From contig OX597838.1 in assembly GCA_951406725.2 (NCBI GenBank), positions 25,482,001-25,546,000 on the forward strand: a DNA stretch of 64,000 bases. The letters run 5' to 3'. The DNA comes from Octopus vulgaris (Eukaryota). The translations under genes were made by a program, and so were the position numbers. The notes under the pieces were generated by a model. That model was not told where the DNA came from and searched no databases. It saw only the letters and a program-made list of their open reading frames with translations. Shown here in pieces: positions 13,611 to 27,740 of the stretch. Every line of letters starts with the position of its first letter. Positions within the stretch are counted from its first letter, which is position 1.

Positions 13611-14005
13611 ATCACCTTTTATTTGTAAGAAACTAGTGAAAGAATAAGTAAAGTGAATTACATCTGTTTCAGCGATGCATGTACTTAGTCAACAGTACCA
13701 CCTGCTTGTTAAATTGACAAATGGGTGGCAGAGTATTCCACAGGTCATGTACCCTTAATCCTTAATGTAATTCCTAAGTAGAGTCAGTGTGGCATTGTGT
13801 TATGATGAGGCTGTACTTTTTGAATTACTGGTACAGTATATGATGCAGACTTTTAAAACCGTGATCCTATGACCACAAGTCTGCTGACCTAACCACTGGG
13901 CTATTGCGCCTTCACACATATATTTATATATATGTATATGCATATGCTTGCATTCATTCTTATATTATATATCTATATCTATATATAGATAGATAGACAG
14001 ATATA

Positions 14006-14201
14006 CAGGGTGGCCAAAAGTAGGTCTACAGTTATTCAACGATCTCTTTCGCATCCATATATTAACAGTTTAAATCTTAATTATAAAAAAATATGTAATG
14101 ATTATTCTCTGCTAAGATAGAAATTTAAATGTAATAAAATGTTTTAAAAGAAAGTTAAAGTGCCTACGTGATAACTGTAATCCTTCTTTTGGGCCACCCT
14201 G
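14006..14201. mobile_element. Tc1/mariner-type MITE (196 bp) with TA target duplication
   Basis: TA|CAGGGTGGCCAAAAGTAGG..TACAGTTAT ... ATAACTGTAATCCTTCTTTTGGGCCACCCTG|TA: ~30-bp imperfect terminal inverted repeats. Confidence 0.88.
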
Positions 14202-14342
14202 TATATGCATATACCTACATGCATGCATGCCTTCTTGTATGTATACATATATGTAGGTAAGTATGCATATGTGTGTGTGTGTATACATGTACATACATAT
14301 ATATCTATATTACACACACATATATATATTACATAATATATG

Positions 14343-14730
14343 CGCAGGAGTGGCTGTGTGGTAAGTAGCTAGCTTACCAACCACATGATTCCGGGTTCAG
14401 TCCCACTGCGTGGCACCTTGGGCAAGTGTCATCTACTATAGCCTTGGGCCAACCAAACCCTTGTGAGTGGATTTGGTAGACGGAAACTGAAAGAAGCCCG
14501 TCGTATATATGTATATATATGTGTGTTTGTATGTCTGTGTTTCTCCCGCTAACATTGCTTGACAACCGATGCTGGTGTGTTTACGTCCCCATTACTTAGC
14601 AGTTTGGCAAAAGAGACCGATAGAATAAGTACTGGGCTTACAAAAGAATAAGTCCCGGGGTCGAGTTGCTCGAGTAAAGGCGGTGCTCCAGCATGGCCGC
14701 AGTCAAATGACTGAAACAAGTAAAAGAGTA
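14343..14730 (+). mobile_element. Full-length SINE family A
   Basis: Complete head (gcgcaggagtggctgtgtggtaag...ggttcagtccc) through tail (gactgaaacaagtaaaagag); CpGs retained, suggesting a young copy. Confidence 0.9.
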
Positions 14731-14859
14731 TACTTAAACTAGGAAATATATAATAATACTACTGATAGTACTGGATAATGATGAAGATGGACAAGTTTTA
14801 AAGTGTACTCTACCGCATTCCTGACAGAATATAACATAACTGTTATATAAATCGTTGTA

Positions 14860-15285
14860 TATAATAATATACAATATTATATAATATTTATATATATTAT
14901 GTATGTAATACTTATAGTATGTAATATATAAAATATATATATATATATGCATATACACACACACATACACATGTACATACATGCATGTGCAAAAAGGTAT
15001 GAACATATCAGAAATATTATATAAACTTAAAAGATCCAATACAGCCATGTTTCCTAAACACTTATATGCTTGCATTTGCATTTCTGTGTGTGTATGTGTG
15101 CGTGCGTATGCATATATATACATACATATATACACACATATATATATACATATATACATATACACACATAAATATTACATATATATACATACACACACAT
15201 GCACACATATATATACATGCATACACATATACATATATATATACATGTACACACATATATATGTACATACATGCACACACATTTG

Positions 15286-15332
<47 letters not shown>

Positions 15333-16046
15333 GTCTATATATGCATGTGTGTATAATAATATGTATACATATGTATAGTTAGTCGACTCACATGTGTCCT
15401 TCACATCTTCACATTCTCATTGTTAATTCATCCAAAACCTGAGCCAGTCATCACGTGAGGGCTCAGCTCAATAAGTAATTCAAAATAAATTAACTAAGAG
15501 AGCTGTGACAAGAACATCTTTGATGTGAACAGTGCTTATTACAGGCATCGAGAAGTCTGAAACACAGCACACAAAGTATATATACACACACACACACATA
15601 TACATACATGTATATATATATATATATATTACAAGTGTAAAGTTTATTTGTATATATGTGTACGTGTGTATAGTGGGAGGTATTGAATGCTGATCAATTT
15701 GGGACAAAGCCTTTTTGATGAGGAATAACTAGTTAATAATTAATTTAAATAAAGAGTTCTGGGACCCGTCAATTTAGATAGCAACAACTGGTTGATTACA
15801 TTATCTGGAGTTATAATAAGCAGCTTCTGTTATGTGTGTGTGTCTGAGTGTATATATGTGTGTATATATGTATATGTGTGTGTATGTATATATGTATTTG
15901 TATGTGTATGTGTGTGTGTATGTATATATATATATATATTATATATATACACACATGCACATACACACATAAATACATATGCATATATATATGTGTATGT
16001 ATATATCCATATATATGAGTGTGTTTGTATGTATGTATGTATGTAT

Positions 16047-16091
<45 letters not shown>

Positions 16092-16103
16092 TGTACGTAT
16101 GTA

Positions 16104-16134
<31 letters not shown>

Positions 16135-16200
16135 GCATGTATGTATATATATGTGTGTGTATATATCCATATATGTGTGTGTATGTATGCACACATACAT
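14860..16200. repeat. (TA)n/(CA)n/(TG)n compound microsatellite field
   Basis: Seen directly; source of the Y/I/C/V/H/T-rich pseudo-ORFs. Confidence 0.95.
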
Positions 16201-16707
16201 TCTAGTTCTTTTGCTGTCCGCTTACAGTGCACCAGTATCGGCTGGGTCACTGTGTATTTCCAGTTGGGTGGTGGAGGGCATTGGTGGAGATGCTTGTGTC
16301 AGGTGATGGTGGGGATGGTGTGGTGTAATGAATTAGCGTTTCTGGTTGTCTAATATGTTAATGCGACGGTGACAGTGTGCAGCTGACTGGTGTTGCAATA
16401 GTTTTGTGTCTGACCTCTGGCTTTGCGCACGCACGCACACACACACACACACACTCATGCGCATATACACACACACACGTGTGCATGCATACATGTGACT
16501 TACCTCGGATGTCATGCACACATGCTCACACACACACACACATCCCTCTGATGCCATACTGGTACATATTCACATAACTGACCTCTGACATCCACACACA
16601 CACACACACTTATGCATAACTGACCTTTGACACCCCATATGTCTGAAAACCAAACTACACATTATGCACACGCAACAATCTGTATTTGTGTCATATATAT
16701 ATATATA

Positions 16708-16988
16708 GGTGCAGGAGTGGCTGTATGGTTAGTAGCTTGCTTACGACCCACATGGTTCAGGGTTCAGTCCCACTGCATAGCAACTTAGGCAAGTGTCTTC
16801 TACTATAGCCTTGGGCCGACCAAAGCCTTGTGAATGGATTTGGTAGACTGAAACTGAAAAAAGTCCGTCGTATATATGTATGTAATGGTCGTAACTTCAA
16901 CCGTGCTTTTTCTGTTGTGAGTTTGCTACCCAGGTATCGGTTATCTTTCGAATTATCCGTAATAAGATAATTCATTTCTCTACTTAAA

Positions 16989-17034
<46 letters not shown>

Positions 17035-17250
17035 GTGTGTGTGTATATGTTTGTGTGTCTGTGTTTGTTCCCCCACCCAACCGATGCTGGGTGTGTTTAC
17101 GTCCCCGTAACTTAGCAGTTCAGGAAAAGAGGCCGATAGAATAAGTACTAGGCTTATAACGAATAAGTCCTGGGGTTGATTTGCTCGACTAAAGGCGGTG
17201 CTCCAGCATGGCCACAGTCAAATGACTGAAACAAGTAAAAGAATAAAAGA
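16708..17250 (+). mobile_element. SINE family A with a ~110-bp foreign insert in its internal microsatellite
   Basis: Head 16708-16875, unrelated sequence ~16882-16990, (TA)n, then the family A 3' half. Confidence 0.85.
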
Positions 17251-17302
17251 ATATATGCACACACATAGATATACACAAGTATACCTGTGTGTGTATATGA
17301 TG

Positions 17303-17337
<35 letters not shown>

Positions 17338-17929
17338 ATACACACATACATACACATCATTATATGTTTGTGTGAATGTGTGTGTATATACATATATACA
17401 CCCATGCACACATCAGGCACTACAGATTTCTAAAATAATGTACTTATGTCTTTTTACAATTATTATTATTAAAACCTTACAAGCCAGCTTCCCAACCACT
17501 TGGTCCCAGGTTCAGTCCCACTTAATACTATAGCTTCGGGCAAACCGAAACCGTACAAATGAATTTGGTCGACAGAAACTGAAGGAAGCTTGTTGCATGT
17601 GTGTGTGTGTGTTGTCCCCTCTACCATCACTGCTTGACAACCGGAAGTACTGGGGTCAGATCATTCAACTGTAAAAAAAAAAATTAATCAAGGCTGTAAC
17701 CCCAGCATGGCCACAGTCTAATGACTGAAACAAGTAACAGATAAAAGATCTACATTTTTGTAAGGATAGCTGTGTGGTTGAGTATTTGCTTGGCAACAAT
17801 TTGGTTTCTAGTTCAATCCCCACTGTATGCCAATTGATTCCCCGGAGAGGTGTTTATTACTGTAGTATCAAGTTGGATTATACTTTTGAGTGAAATTTAT
17901 GGGATGGATTGTGCTGAGAAAGCCTGCTC

Positions 17930-18099
17930 TGCATATGTGCGTGTGTGTGTGTGTGTGTGTGTATTCATGTATGTATGTATCTATCTATCTATTTCTTTAT
18001 CTATCTGTGTGTGTCTGTCTGTCTGTGCATATGTGTATTTAGATATGTATGTGTATATATATCTTTTTATGTATGCATGTATGTATGTATGTATGTGTA

Positions 18100-18159
<60 letters not shown>

Positions 18160-18444
18160 CATACACACATATATGTATAATTATATATATATACATATAT
18201 ATATATACACACATGTATGTATATATATATGTATATATATATATATATATACACACATACATACACACATATATGTATAATTATATATATATACATATAT
18301 ATATATATACACATACATACACACATATATCTATACATATATATATATACACACATGTATGTATATATATATATATATATAATATATATATACACATACA
18401 TACACACATATATGTATACATATATATATATACACACATGTATG

Positions 18445-18476
<32 letters not shown>

Positions 18477-18522
18477 CATACACACATATATGTATACATA
18501 TATATATATACACACATGTATG

Positions 18523-18554
<32 letters not shown>

Positions 18555-18583
18555 TATATATATATATATACACATATATACAT

Positions 18584-18629
<46 letters not shown>

Positions 18630-18850
18630 GTGTATATGTATATACACACACACAAATATATGTATACATTTATATATATATATGTGAATAATTATATAAC
18701 TTTATATAATTATATGTATGTAAATATATATATATATATATAATTATGTGTATATTTATATTTTCTTTCACATGTATTTATATGCATCATACATATATGT
18801 ATGTACATAATTATATAAATATACATATATATATTTATATATGTCTGTCT
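17930..18850. repeat. Long (TA)n-based compound micro/minisatellite
   Basis: Seen directly; similar blocks at 19200-19720, 20040-20210 and 24450-24790. Confidence 0.95.
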
Positions 18851-19259
18851 GTGTTTACCTATATAAAACCAGTGTTGTGTGAAAAAATAAAGGAAAGAAA
18901 TAATAGTAACCTCGCCATTTGCTACATATCGATCAATAAAATCAGTAACCGACTGAAAATAAGTGTTGTGGTCGATACAATCGACCAAAACCCTTCAATG
19001 GTCGTTGTGCTCCAGTGTGGGCACAGTCCAGTGACTGAGACCAGTAAATGAATAGCTGTTAGAATGGAGTTATATAAGTCTTGAGAGGCAGGGAAAGGAG
19101 GCAGTGCTTGTGACCTTTGTGTAGCCTTCCAGACTAGTGGTGGGCACCTGGTTTAGAGAGAGAGAGAGAGAGTGAGTGTGTGTCTGTGTATGTGTGTGTG
19201 TCTGTGTCTTATGTATAAAATATATATAATGTATAAAGAAATATATATATCTGCATTAG

Positions 19260-19297
<38 letters not shown>

Positions 19298-19426
19298 TAG
19301 ACAATATTTATGTATGTGTTACACACACATATATGTTATATATATATGTGTATATTGATATATATATATATGTTTATTTATATATTGATATATTTATATC
19401 TTTATATATATATTGATATATTTATA

Positions 19427-19465
<39 letters not shown>

Positions 19466-19645
19466 TGATATATTTACATCTATATATATATATATATGTA
19501 TATTGATATATTTACATCTAGATATATATATATGTATATTGATATATTTACATCTAGATATATATATATGTATATTGATATATTTACATCTATATATACA
19601 TATATATGTATATTGATATATTTATATCTATATATATATGTATAT

Positions 19646-19689
<44 letters not shown>

Positions 19690-20050
19690 ATATATATATG
19701 TATATTGATATATAATACATACATAGGTACATGCATGTGCCTTATAAGAAACATATGGCTACAGCCCTGTGGCCAGAACTAGTAAAAGCTGTGCATGCAT
19801 GTGCATGTGTTTCTATACACACACACACATACACGCCCCACCCTTGCATATATATGTATGTGTGTGTGTGTGTATGTATGTATGTCTGTATGTATACTTA
19901 TGGGGCAGTTCTCTGGCTTGCCACCTCCTGTCAAACCATCCAACCTGTGGTAGCATGGATGATGGACATCAAATGATGCTATTGATGACACACACAAACA
20001 CACGGATACAAGTAGACACACATTTGTGTCTGTGTGTTTATATATATGTA

Positions 20051-20097
<47 letters not shown>

Positions 20098-20138
20098 TAT
20101 ATTTACTGTGGTTAACCCCGAATCAACCCGGGACCTAC

Positions 20139-20171
<33 letters not shown>

Positions 20172-20184
20172 TATACATATATAT

Positions 20185-20215
<31 letters not shown>

Positions 20216-20327
20216 AGTATGCATATATACACACACACACCCATAACCATGTACAAATGAAATGTATGTTCAGTACCTTACATGCAAACGTGTTCAGGGT
20301 GTATATAATTCACACTGATTGAATTCT

Positions 20328-20365
<38 letters not shown>

Positions 20366-20389
20366 CACTATAATTCCTCCCCTCCACAT

Positions 20390-21400
20390 TACTGCTGCTG
20401 TTGCTACTACTACTGCTACTACCACCACCACCACCACCACCACCACCACCATCTATGTTTTACTGTATCTTTCATCTAAGTAGCTTTATTCTACTATTTC
20501 CTCCTTACCACCAGCACCACCACCACCACTACTCTCTCCTTGCCATTAGGTTTGTTTATATTGAGCACTTTTTCTGTTATTGTGGTGGTCATGGGTATAA
20601 GGCGAGTGGTGGTGGTGGTGGTGTTGCTATTTCTTGTCATTATACGGCATTGGTGCTGATTGTTGATTGTGGTGGTGATGATGGAATGATGCTGCTTGTG
20701 GTGGCGGTAGTAGTGGCAGTAGTGGCGGCAGTGGTGTTCGTCTTAGAGATGGTAGCGGCAGTGTGGGGTAAGATGGTGCTCCTCATGATGATGATGATGA
20801 TGTTGATGTTGATGGGGTAGTGTTGGTGCTTAATTATGATGGTGGTGGTGTGGGTGGTGGCAGTGGTGGAGCTTGTCATTACGATAGTGTTCGTAGTGGT
20901 GTGATGGTGCTTCTCATGATGCCGACAATGATGGTGATGGTGGTAGTGGTACCAATGGTTGTGGTGATGGAGCTTGTCATTATGGCGTTGGTGATAGTAT
21001 CAGTGGTGGTGGTAGTGGTAGTATCGATGCTAGTGGCTCTCATTATGATGCTGATGGTTGACAATAGAGCTTGTTATTATGAGAGTAATAATGATGGAGA
21101 TAACGATAATGATGATGATGATGATAATGTTGCTTGACTACAAATAGAGGAATGCTGCTGCTGCTGCTTCGGTTGCTGCTCAATGTGGTAGTATTAGTAG
21201 CAATGTTAGTGATTATGGTGGTGGTGGTGGTGGTGGTGGTGGTGATGTATTGTTGTGGTGGTGGCGATGGTGGTGGTTGTTCAACTGGTGTACCTTGCTA
21301 TAGTAGTTGTAGTGACAGTTGCTTGTCGTAGTAGTAATAGTAGTTATACTGGTGATGGTAGTTGAAGTGTTTAACACAGTGGTGGTGTGGAGGCGTTGTG
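20390..21400. repeat. Degenerate trinucleotide (GGT/GAT/AGT/CCA) low-complexity field
   Basis: Seen directly; similar fields at 6360-6820, 8260-8710, 23030-23950, 46270-46830 and 49400-49750. Confidence 0.9.
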
Positions 21401-21479
21401 GTTGTAGAGGTGGCAGTACAAGGGGTTATGAGAAGGGCAGAAGAGAAGTAAAGCCTAGTTTGTGGTAGTGGTACTGGTT

Positions 21480-22310
21480 AACTGATAATATTGGTTTAGG
21501 TAGTAGTTGGTTGTGGTAGTAACTGTGTGTGATAATATTGGTTTAGGTAGTAGTTGTGGTAGTAATTGTGTGCGATAATGTTGGTTTAGGTAGTAGTTGG
21601 TTGTGGTAGTAACTGTGTGCGATAATGTTGGTTTAGGTAGTAGTTGTGGTAGTAATTGTGTGTGGTAATGTTGGTTTAGGTAGTAGTTGGTTGTGGTAGT
21701 AATTGTGTGCGATAATGTTGGTTTAGGTAGTAGTTGTGGTAGTAATTGTGTGCGATAATGTTGGTTTAGGTAGTAGTTGGTTGTGGTAGTAATTGTGTGC
21801 GATAATGTTGGTTTAGGTAGTAGTTGTGGTAGTAATTGTGTGCGGTAATGCTGGTTTAGGTAGTAGATGTGATATTGCTTGTGCATGATAATGTTGGTTT
21901 AGGAGGCAGTTGTCATAGTAGTTGTGTGATAAAGTTGGTTAAGGAGGTAGTTGTGATAGTATTGCTAGTGTGTGATAGTGTTGGTTTAGGAGGTAGTTGT
22001 CAAAGTTGTGTGTAATAATGTTGATTTAGGAGATATTTGTTAAAGTATTGCTTGTGTGTGATAGTGTGTTTTAGGAGGTAGTTGTTGTCATACTTGGGTG
22101 TGATAACGTTGGTTTAGAAGCCAGTTATGGTAGCAGTTATATGTGATAGTGTTGGTTTTGTATGATAGTGCTGGCTTGGAAGCTATGGCAGTAGTTGTTT
22201 GATAACATTGGTTTAGAAGCCAGTTGTGGTAGTGGTTGGATGTGATAGTGCTGGTTTAAAGGTAGTGATAGTGTTGGTTGTGTCTGATAGTATTGATTGT
22301 TTGATAGTTT
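21480..22310. repeat. Minisatellite of alternating 47- and 43-bp units (90-bp higher-order repeat), decaying after ~21870
   Basis: gataatgttggtttaggtagtagtt(ggtt)gtggtagtaattgtgtgc units; explains the 30-aa repeat in ORF 21455-21886. Confidence 0.9.
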
Positions 22311-22540
22311 CAGTTAAGTGTCAGTTGTAAGCATGGTGGTGGCTGTGGTGGTAGTTGTATGTATTAATGATATTACAGTAGTTACAGTAGTAGTAGTAAT
22401 AATGCAAGTAGTACAAGTAGTAGTTGTAGTGTCGATAATAAGCATTGGTTGAGGATGTAGTGTAGCATCCAGAGCTTCAGCTGTTTGTCTTTTTCACTCA
22501 GAAGAGTAGAAATAGTAGTAGCAGCAGCAGTAGCAGCAGC

Positions 22541-22576
<36 letters not shown>

Positions 22577-23091
22577 CATCAGTTTACTTGTGACTGTATG
22601 TCCTTTCTATTCTCATTCCACATTTCCTCTTTTTCTCTTTCCTCGTATCCTTTCTTTCCTTTTGTTCTTTCTCTTCCTCTTTCTCTCTCTCCACTCCACC
22701 TCCCCCCATACCGTTTTCCTCCCGCCACCACCGCACCAACACCTTCCATGGAAGAGAATAAAAAATGCCAAGATAATCCCCATCCATCGATCCATTCATT
22801 CATCCATTTATCCATCTATCCAGTAGAAGGCGGAAGGGTATGAGGAGGAGGAGGAGCAGGAGAAGGATTGTTCATTCTCCTCTGCTTCTCTCTCTCTCTC
22901 TCTCCACTTCTCACTATTGTTGCCTTTCATCTCTCACCCTCCTCCCTCAATCTTCTCTCTCTCTCTCTCTCTTTTCGTTCCCTTCATTGGTGTCATCTGA
23001 TTTGCGGTTGCTGCCACCATCTGCTTCGCCGCCACCACCACCGGCACCATTAATTGTCATTACTTGTTCACTACTATTACTACTGCTGCTG

Positions 23092-23124
<33 letters not shown>

Positions 23125-23756
23125 ACAGCGTTAGTAACACTATAGTCAATGCTGTCATCATCACCACCACCACCAACAGCAGCAGCATCAATGAAGCCAG
23201 GCCACCCACACCTTATCACCCTCATCAATAAAACCATGACCATCACTACTCTTTTAATGACATTATATATAGTACTCTTACCATGAACACTGTGCCGCTA
23301 ATAACATCACCACTGCCACCACCACCAATAACACCACATGCCATCATCATCATCACCATTATCATTACTGACACCACCACACTACTTTTACTACATCTTT
23401 AACATCACATTGCCACTACCACCACCACCACCACTGACCATCCATCACCGTTACTATTACTGTACCACTTTTACTACTGCTAATGATACTAACACCTAAC
23501 ACCATCACTCACTTTACCACCATCACTAAATACCACACCACCTCTATTAACTAGCGCCCATACTGTCATTACTACAGTCTCACTGCAATCTTTTTTGGCA
23601 CTACCACCACCACCACTACTGTTGCTGGCACCATTGCTTTCAGTCACTATCCCAGTACAGTTTTGCTACTACTACTACTACCACCACCATCACCACCACC
23701 ACCACCACTACTACTGCTGCTGACACCATACATCCACTACCATAACCCCAACAGTT

Positions 23757-23798
<42 letters not shown>

Positions 23799-24526
23799 CA
23801 TACCACTAGCATAGTTCCACTGGTACCATACAAGTAACATGGTACCCCTCCCAGCAATCATTATTACTATGTCAATGCTAATGCCATTCCACAACCATTC
23901 TACAAGCAATGCCATGACCACCACCACCACCACCACCACCACCATGAGCAACTGATGAAACCACTTAGTGGTCAATTCAACTGGCTAGAAATAACAGCCA
24001 AATCTTTCCTGAAATCATAAAAATTCTAAATATTATGTTTTCCAAAAAGAAAAAGAAAAAATAAAAAACGCCCAAAAATGGAAAAGATAATTGGGATGGT
24101 CACAGCTGGAATGGTTTGGATGCTAAGGTCTGCTGGATCGTAACTCACTTGGTGGTGGGTTTACAACTGCAACACCAGCAGTGACACAGCCATCAGCTTC
24201 ACCACGGCCACCGCTAATCAGTACATCCACTATCATCACCAAACAGCGTCACCACCACCACAACCAACAACAACAACACTAATCCCACCATCACTATCAT
24301 ATTAGTCTGTGTGTGTGTGTGTTCTTATACAAATACGTTGTGTATATCTATATAACTGGCATTGTGTGTGTGTGTATTACTCTCTATGCGTCTAAGTGTT
24401 CTGTGCATGCATCCATGTGACAATAAATGTGCTTCTATATTATGTGGCTATATACATGTATGTATATAGCCAATATTATATATATATATATACACACATA
24501 CATATACACATACATGTATGTACATA

Positions 24527-24566
<40 letters not shown>

Positions 24567-24656
24567 CATATGCATACATATATACACATGTATGTACATA
24601 TGCATACATATATATATATATACACACATACATATAAACATACATGTATGTACATA

Positions 24657-24705
<49 letters not shown>

Positions 24706-25930
24706 ACATATGCATACATATATATATATACACACACATACATATACACATACATGTATGTTATATATATATATATATATATATTCACAGATGCATTCAC
24801 ATACGCATCTGTTTATTTTGTTTGTGTGTATAGATGATTCTAAGTATATACAACTGTGCATAGTATGCTTGTGTGTGTGTGTGTATATGAGTGTAATATC
24901 ATTCTGCTTCATCTACACTGCTCCTCCCATATTGATTATCTTATTAATATATGTGTGTATGCATATGTGTGAGTGCATGTGTGTATACATATATATATAT
25001 ATATGTATACACATGCACACACATGCATGCAATGTGCATACATACTCGTGAATGTCTGTGTGTCTGTGTGGTGTTAGGAGAGATTTGTGAGTAATATCAC
25101 TTTATTTTTATCTCTTCCCACCACTCCTCTCCACCTCCAACCCTTCCCCGTCCTTCTCCTCCAAAACCCCCCAAACCCCCCACCACCCCGCACGCACAGT
25201 ATTGATTCTATCACTCGTCTTAATATATGCACATTGTCAATGGATGACGGTGCTGGCTCTACTATGCTGCAACACAGTGCAGAACTGTTGCAATGCTGCA
25301 GTTTCTTACCATTCTACTACATTGTCTTCTGTGTCAGGCAGTGTGAGGAGGGAGGAGAGCGGTGGGAAGGGGAGACAACTGGCTGCTAGTTTCTATTTGC
25401 AGTTTGTGTCACCTCTCCTGTTTTTCTTTCTTTCTTCCTCTTTTTCATTCATTTCTTCACGGAAACTTTTATTTATTCTTATTTCATTTTTGTATTTTAA
25501 TTTCTGTATGTGTGTGTGTTTCATTGGTTTAAGTTTCTCCATGTTGTTTGTATATCTCATAGTGTCCTGTCTTCGGTTTTATTTCTTCTTCCTCTGTCAA
25601 ATATTTGTCATTCAAAATCTCACCTTCACTTCTTCTACTGCCTCCTTCTTCATGTACACATGCATATCTAATGTCTATGTCGTTAAAAAGGTCACTTTGT
25701 AATTCACATGGCCTCACATTCATTCCCACTTAGTAGCACTACGGGCAAGAGATTTCCCTCTGCCAAAACGCTCTCTGGAAGATTATTATCAATGTGGCCA
25801 TAGTCAAACATCCCCGACAAAATCTCTCTGCAATTCACAGTTTTCCATTGCTCAAGGCCAGTGCTCCTTACTAAAGCCTGTGTCATCTGAGAGTTGGTTG
25901 ATGTATGTTTGGGTAGCTCTTCCTCTCCTG

Positions 25931-26191
25931 TAGTGATTCTTAAATGGGGTCCATATGATCCGAAGGGGTCCTCATGACCGTATAAGATTTTGATGTTAAA
26001 GTTTATGCGCAATGAATTGGTTAAAACTTCTATAAAATATTTCAACAATTTTTTTTTATACAATTCCTAATAATATTTAACGATAGAAATATAAAAGGAC
26101 TTTTTTTAAACATCGAATAGCTATGGGGGCCCATTAGAGTAAAATATAAATCAAAGGGGTCCATAGGTAAAGAAATGGTTGGGAACCACTA
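25931..26191. mobile_element. hAT(Charlie)-like MITE
   Basis: Ends tagtgattcttaaat ... ggttgggaaccacta resemble CAGTGGTTCCCAA hAT termini, with subterminal ggggtcc motifs; no clear 8-bp target duplication. Confidence 0.55.
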
Positions 26192-27114
26192 GGTTACTGC
26201 ATCTCCCACACTAGTGTAGCTAGTGGGGTAGGACATTAGGGACTGGTCCACCCTGGGCAGCACTTTTGGGTCTGCTGTAAGCAATATAAGCAATATGTGT
26301 TTTTGTGGGGTCCAAGGGCAAACGGAAGGGCCACACACAGTCTAGCTATGCTAGTGCTCTTCCATGTGTTGGTTCCTCACAATAGCAGCTTGTGTATAAC
26401 TTCCTGTCTACTTCTCTAGCAATGTCCTGCAAATTGTAACTGTCTTGGAGCAATTGTAGTTGTTATCTTGGGCAAATTTCCACATGAGCTTTCGTTTGTA
26501 ATATATTTATTTCTTTATGGCCCACATAGGGCTAAACATAGAGGGGACAAACAAGGGCAGACAAAAGGATGAAGTCGATTACATCAACCCCAGTGCGTAA
26601 CTGGTACTTATTTAATCGACCCTGAAAGGATGAAAGGCAAAGTTGACCTTGCCAGAATTTGAACTCAGAAATTAACAGCAGACAAAATACTGCTAAGCAT
26701 TTTGCCCAGCATCCTAATGATTCTGCCAGCTCGCTGCCTTTCATTTGTAATGTATTGGTGGGACCTTTCCTGTTTATTTGTGGTGGTGGTGGTGATGCTA
26801 GGGTGGGGGTAGATTTGAACCAGTTACCTTGCAATGTTTGTCCTAGCAGTTTTGTTTGTATTCTGCGTCCAAATCCATCCATGCTATATTTGCATGGCAG
26901 ACTTCATTCATTGCCAGGTTTAACACCTCCACCACCACCTGGCTCCTTGAGTGCCTTTAGTAGATTGTACTCCCTTGCAAGCATTCAGGCCTTGTCTCTA
27001 GTATGAGCATACCTTCCTGCTCTCCCATCCTCATACCGTTACTTTCCGATGGCCTTGTAAAATGTCTTGCCCTCTACTTTTGACTCATTAGATTTTAAAA
27101 TAGCTTGTAGTGGC

Positions 27115-27740
27115 TGTGCAAAAGCAGTGTCATGAATACACAAGAAGAAAAAAAAAACAAAACAAAAATGTATTTAAATCAGTTCAAATACATTTGGAAC
27201 ATATCTGGCCTGCACAAAGGCCTTATTTATTGCTAATTTGCTGTGGAGAAACTTAACCTGCCTCAGGCAATAGGTGTTGAAAAACACCAACAGTCATATC
27301 AAGGCATCCTCTCTTGGTAGAATGGTGAATGCACTTCTCTATCTTCAGCATCATGTACCACATGAGAGACAACCCTGAAATGACTGTGGAAGCATTTATT
27401 TCTTTATAGTATCAAAACACGGACTGATCACGTAACACAGACCCTGGCTAAAACAAAATCTTGTACGGGTGTGTAAAAGCAGTGTTGTGAATAAACAAAC
27501 GTTTATATCAGTTGATGTGTTTGGGACTCACTTGACCTTTTGCTAAGGGCCCTTATTTATTGCTAATTTGCTCTGGAGAACCATTTTTGCTTTAATCAAT
27601 AGATGTTCCAAAGCACCAGCAGTTTATTTCAAAGCGCCCTCTCACAGCAGAATGGCAAATGCAAGAGAGACAACCATGAAATAACTTTGGAAACATTCAT
27701 TTCATTATAATAAATTGACATCAAAACAAAAGCTGATCAC
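27115..27740. repeat. Diverged ~360-bp direct tandem duplication
   Basis: aaaagcagtgt..tgaata, ccttatttattgctaatttgct.tggagaa, gagagacaacc.tgaaat and catcaaaac...ctgatcac each occur twice ~350-360 bp apart. Confidence 0.8.

Noticed and set aside
14235-14262. TAG|GTAAGT as a recursive splice site in the long upstream intron
   Set aside because: The donor is perfect but the upstream sequence is alternating purine-pyrimidine rather than a polypyrimidine tract.
14343-14420. tRNA genes at A-box/B-box motifs (also 2120, 45611, 62993)
   Set aside because: No closed cloverleaf or acceptor stem; each runs into a multi-copy SINE body.
17850-18743. 297-aa ORF and the many other Y/I/C/V/H/T-rich ORFs across the window
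   Set aside because: Translations of (TA)n/(CA)n/(TG)n microsatellites that lack stop codons by composition.
21455-21886. 143-aa ORF with a 30-aa repeat
   Set aside because: Direct consequence of the 90-bp higher-order minisatellite.
26210-26355. Small MITE with cactagtgtagctag/ctagctatgctagtg ends
   Set aside because: Short imperfect TIRs, single copy in the window and no target duplication; plausible but unsupported.
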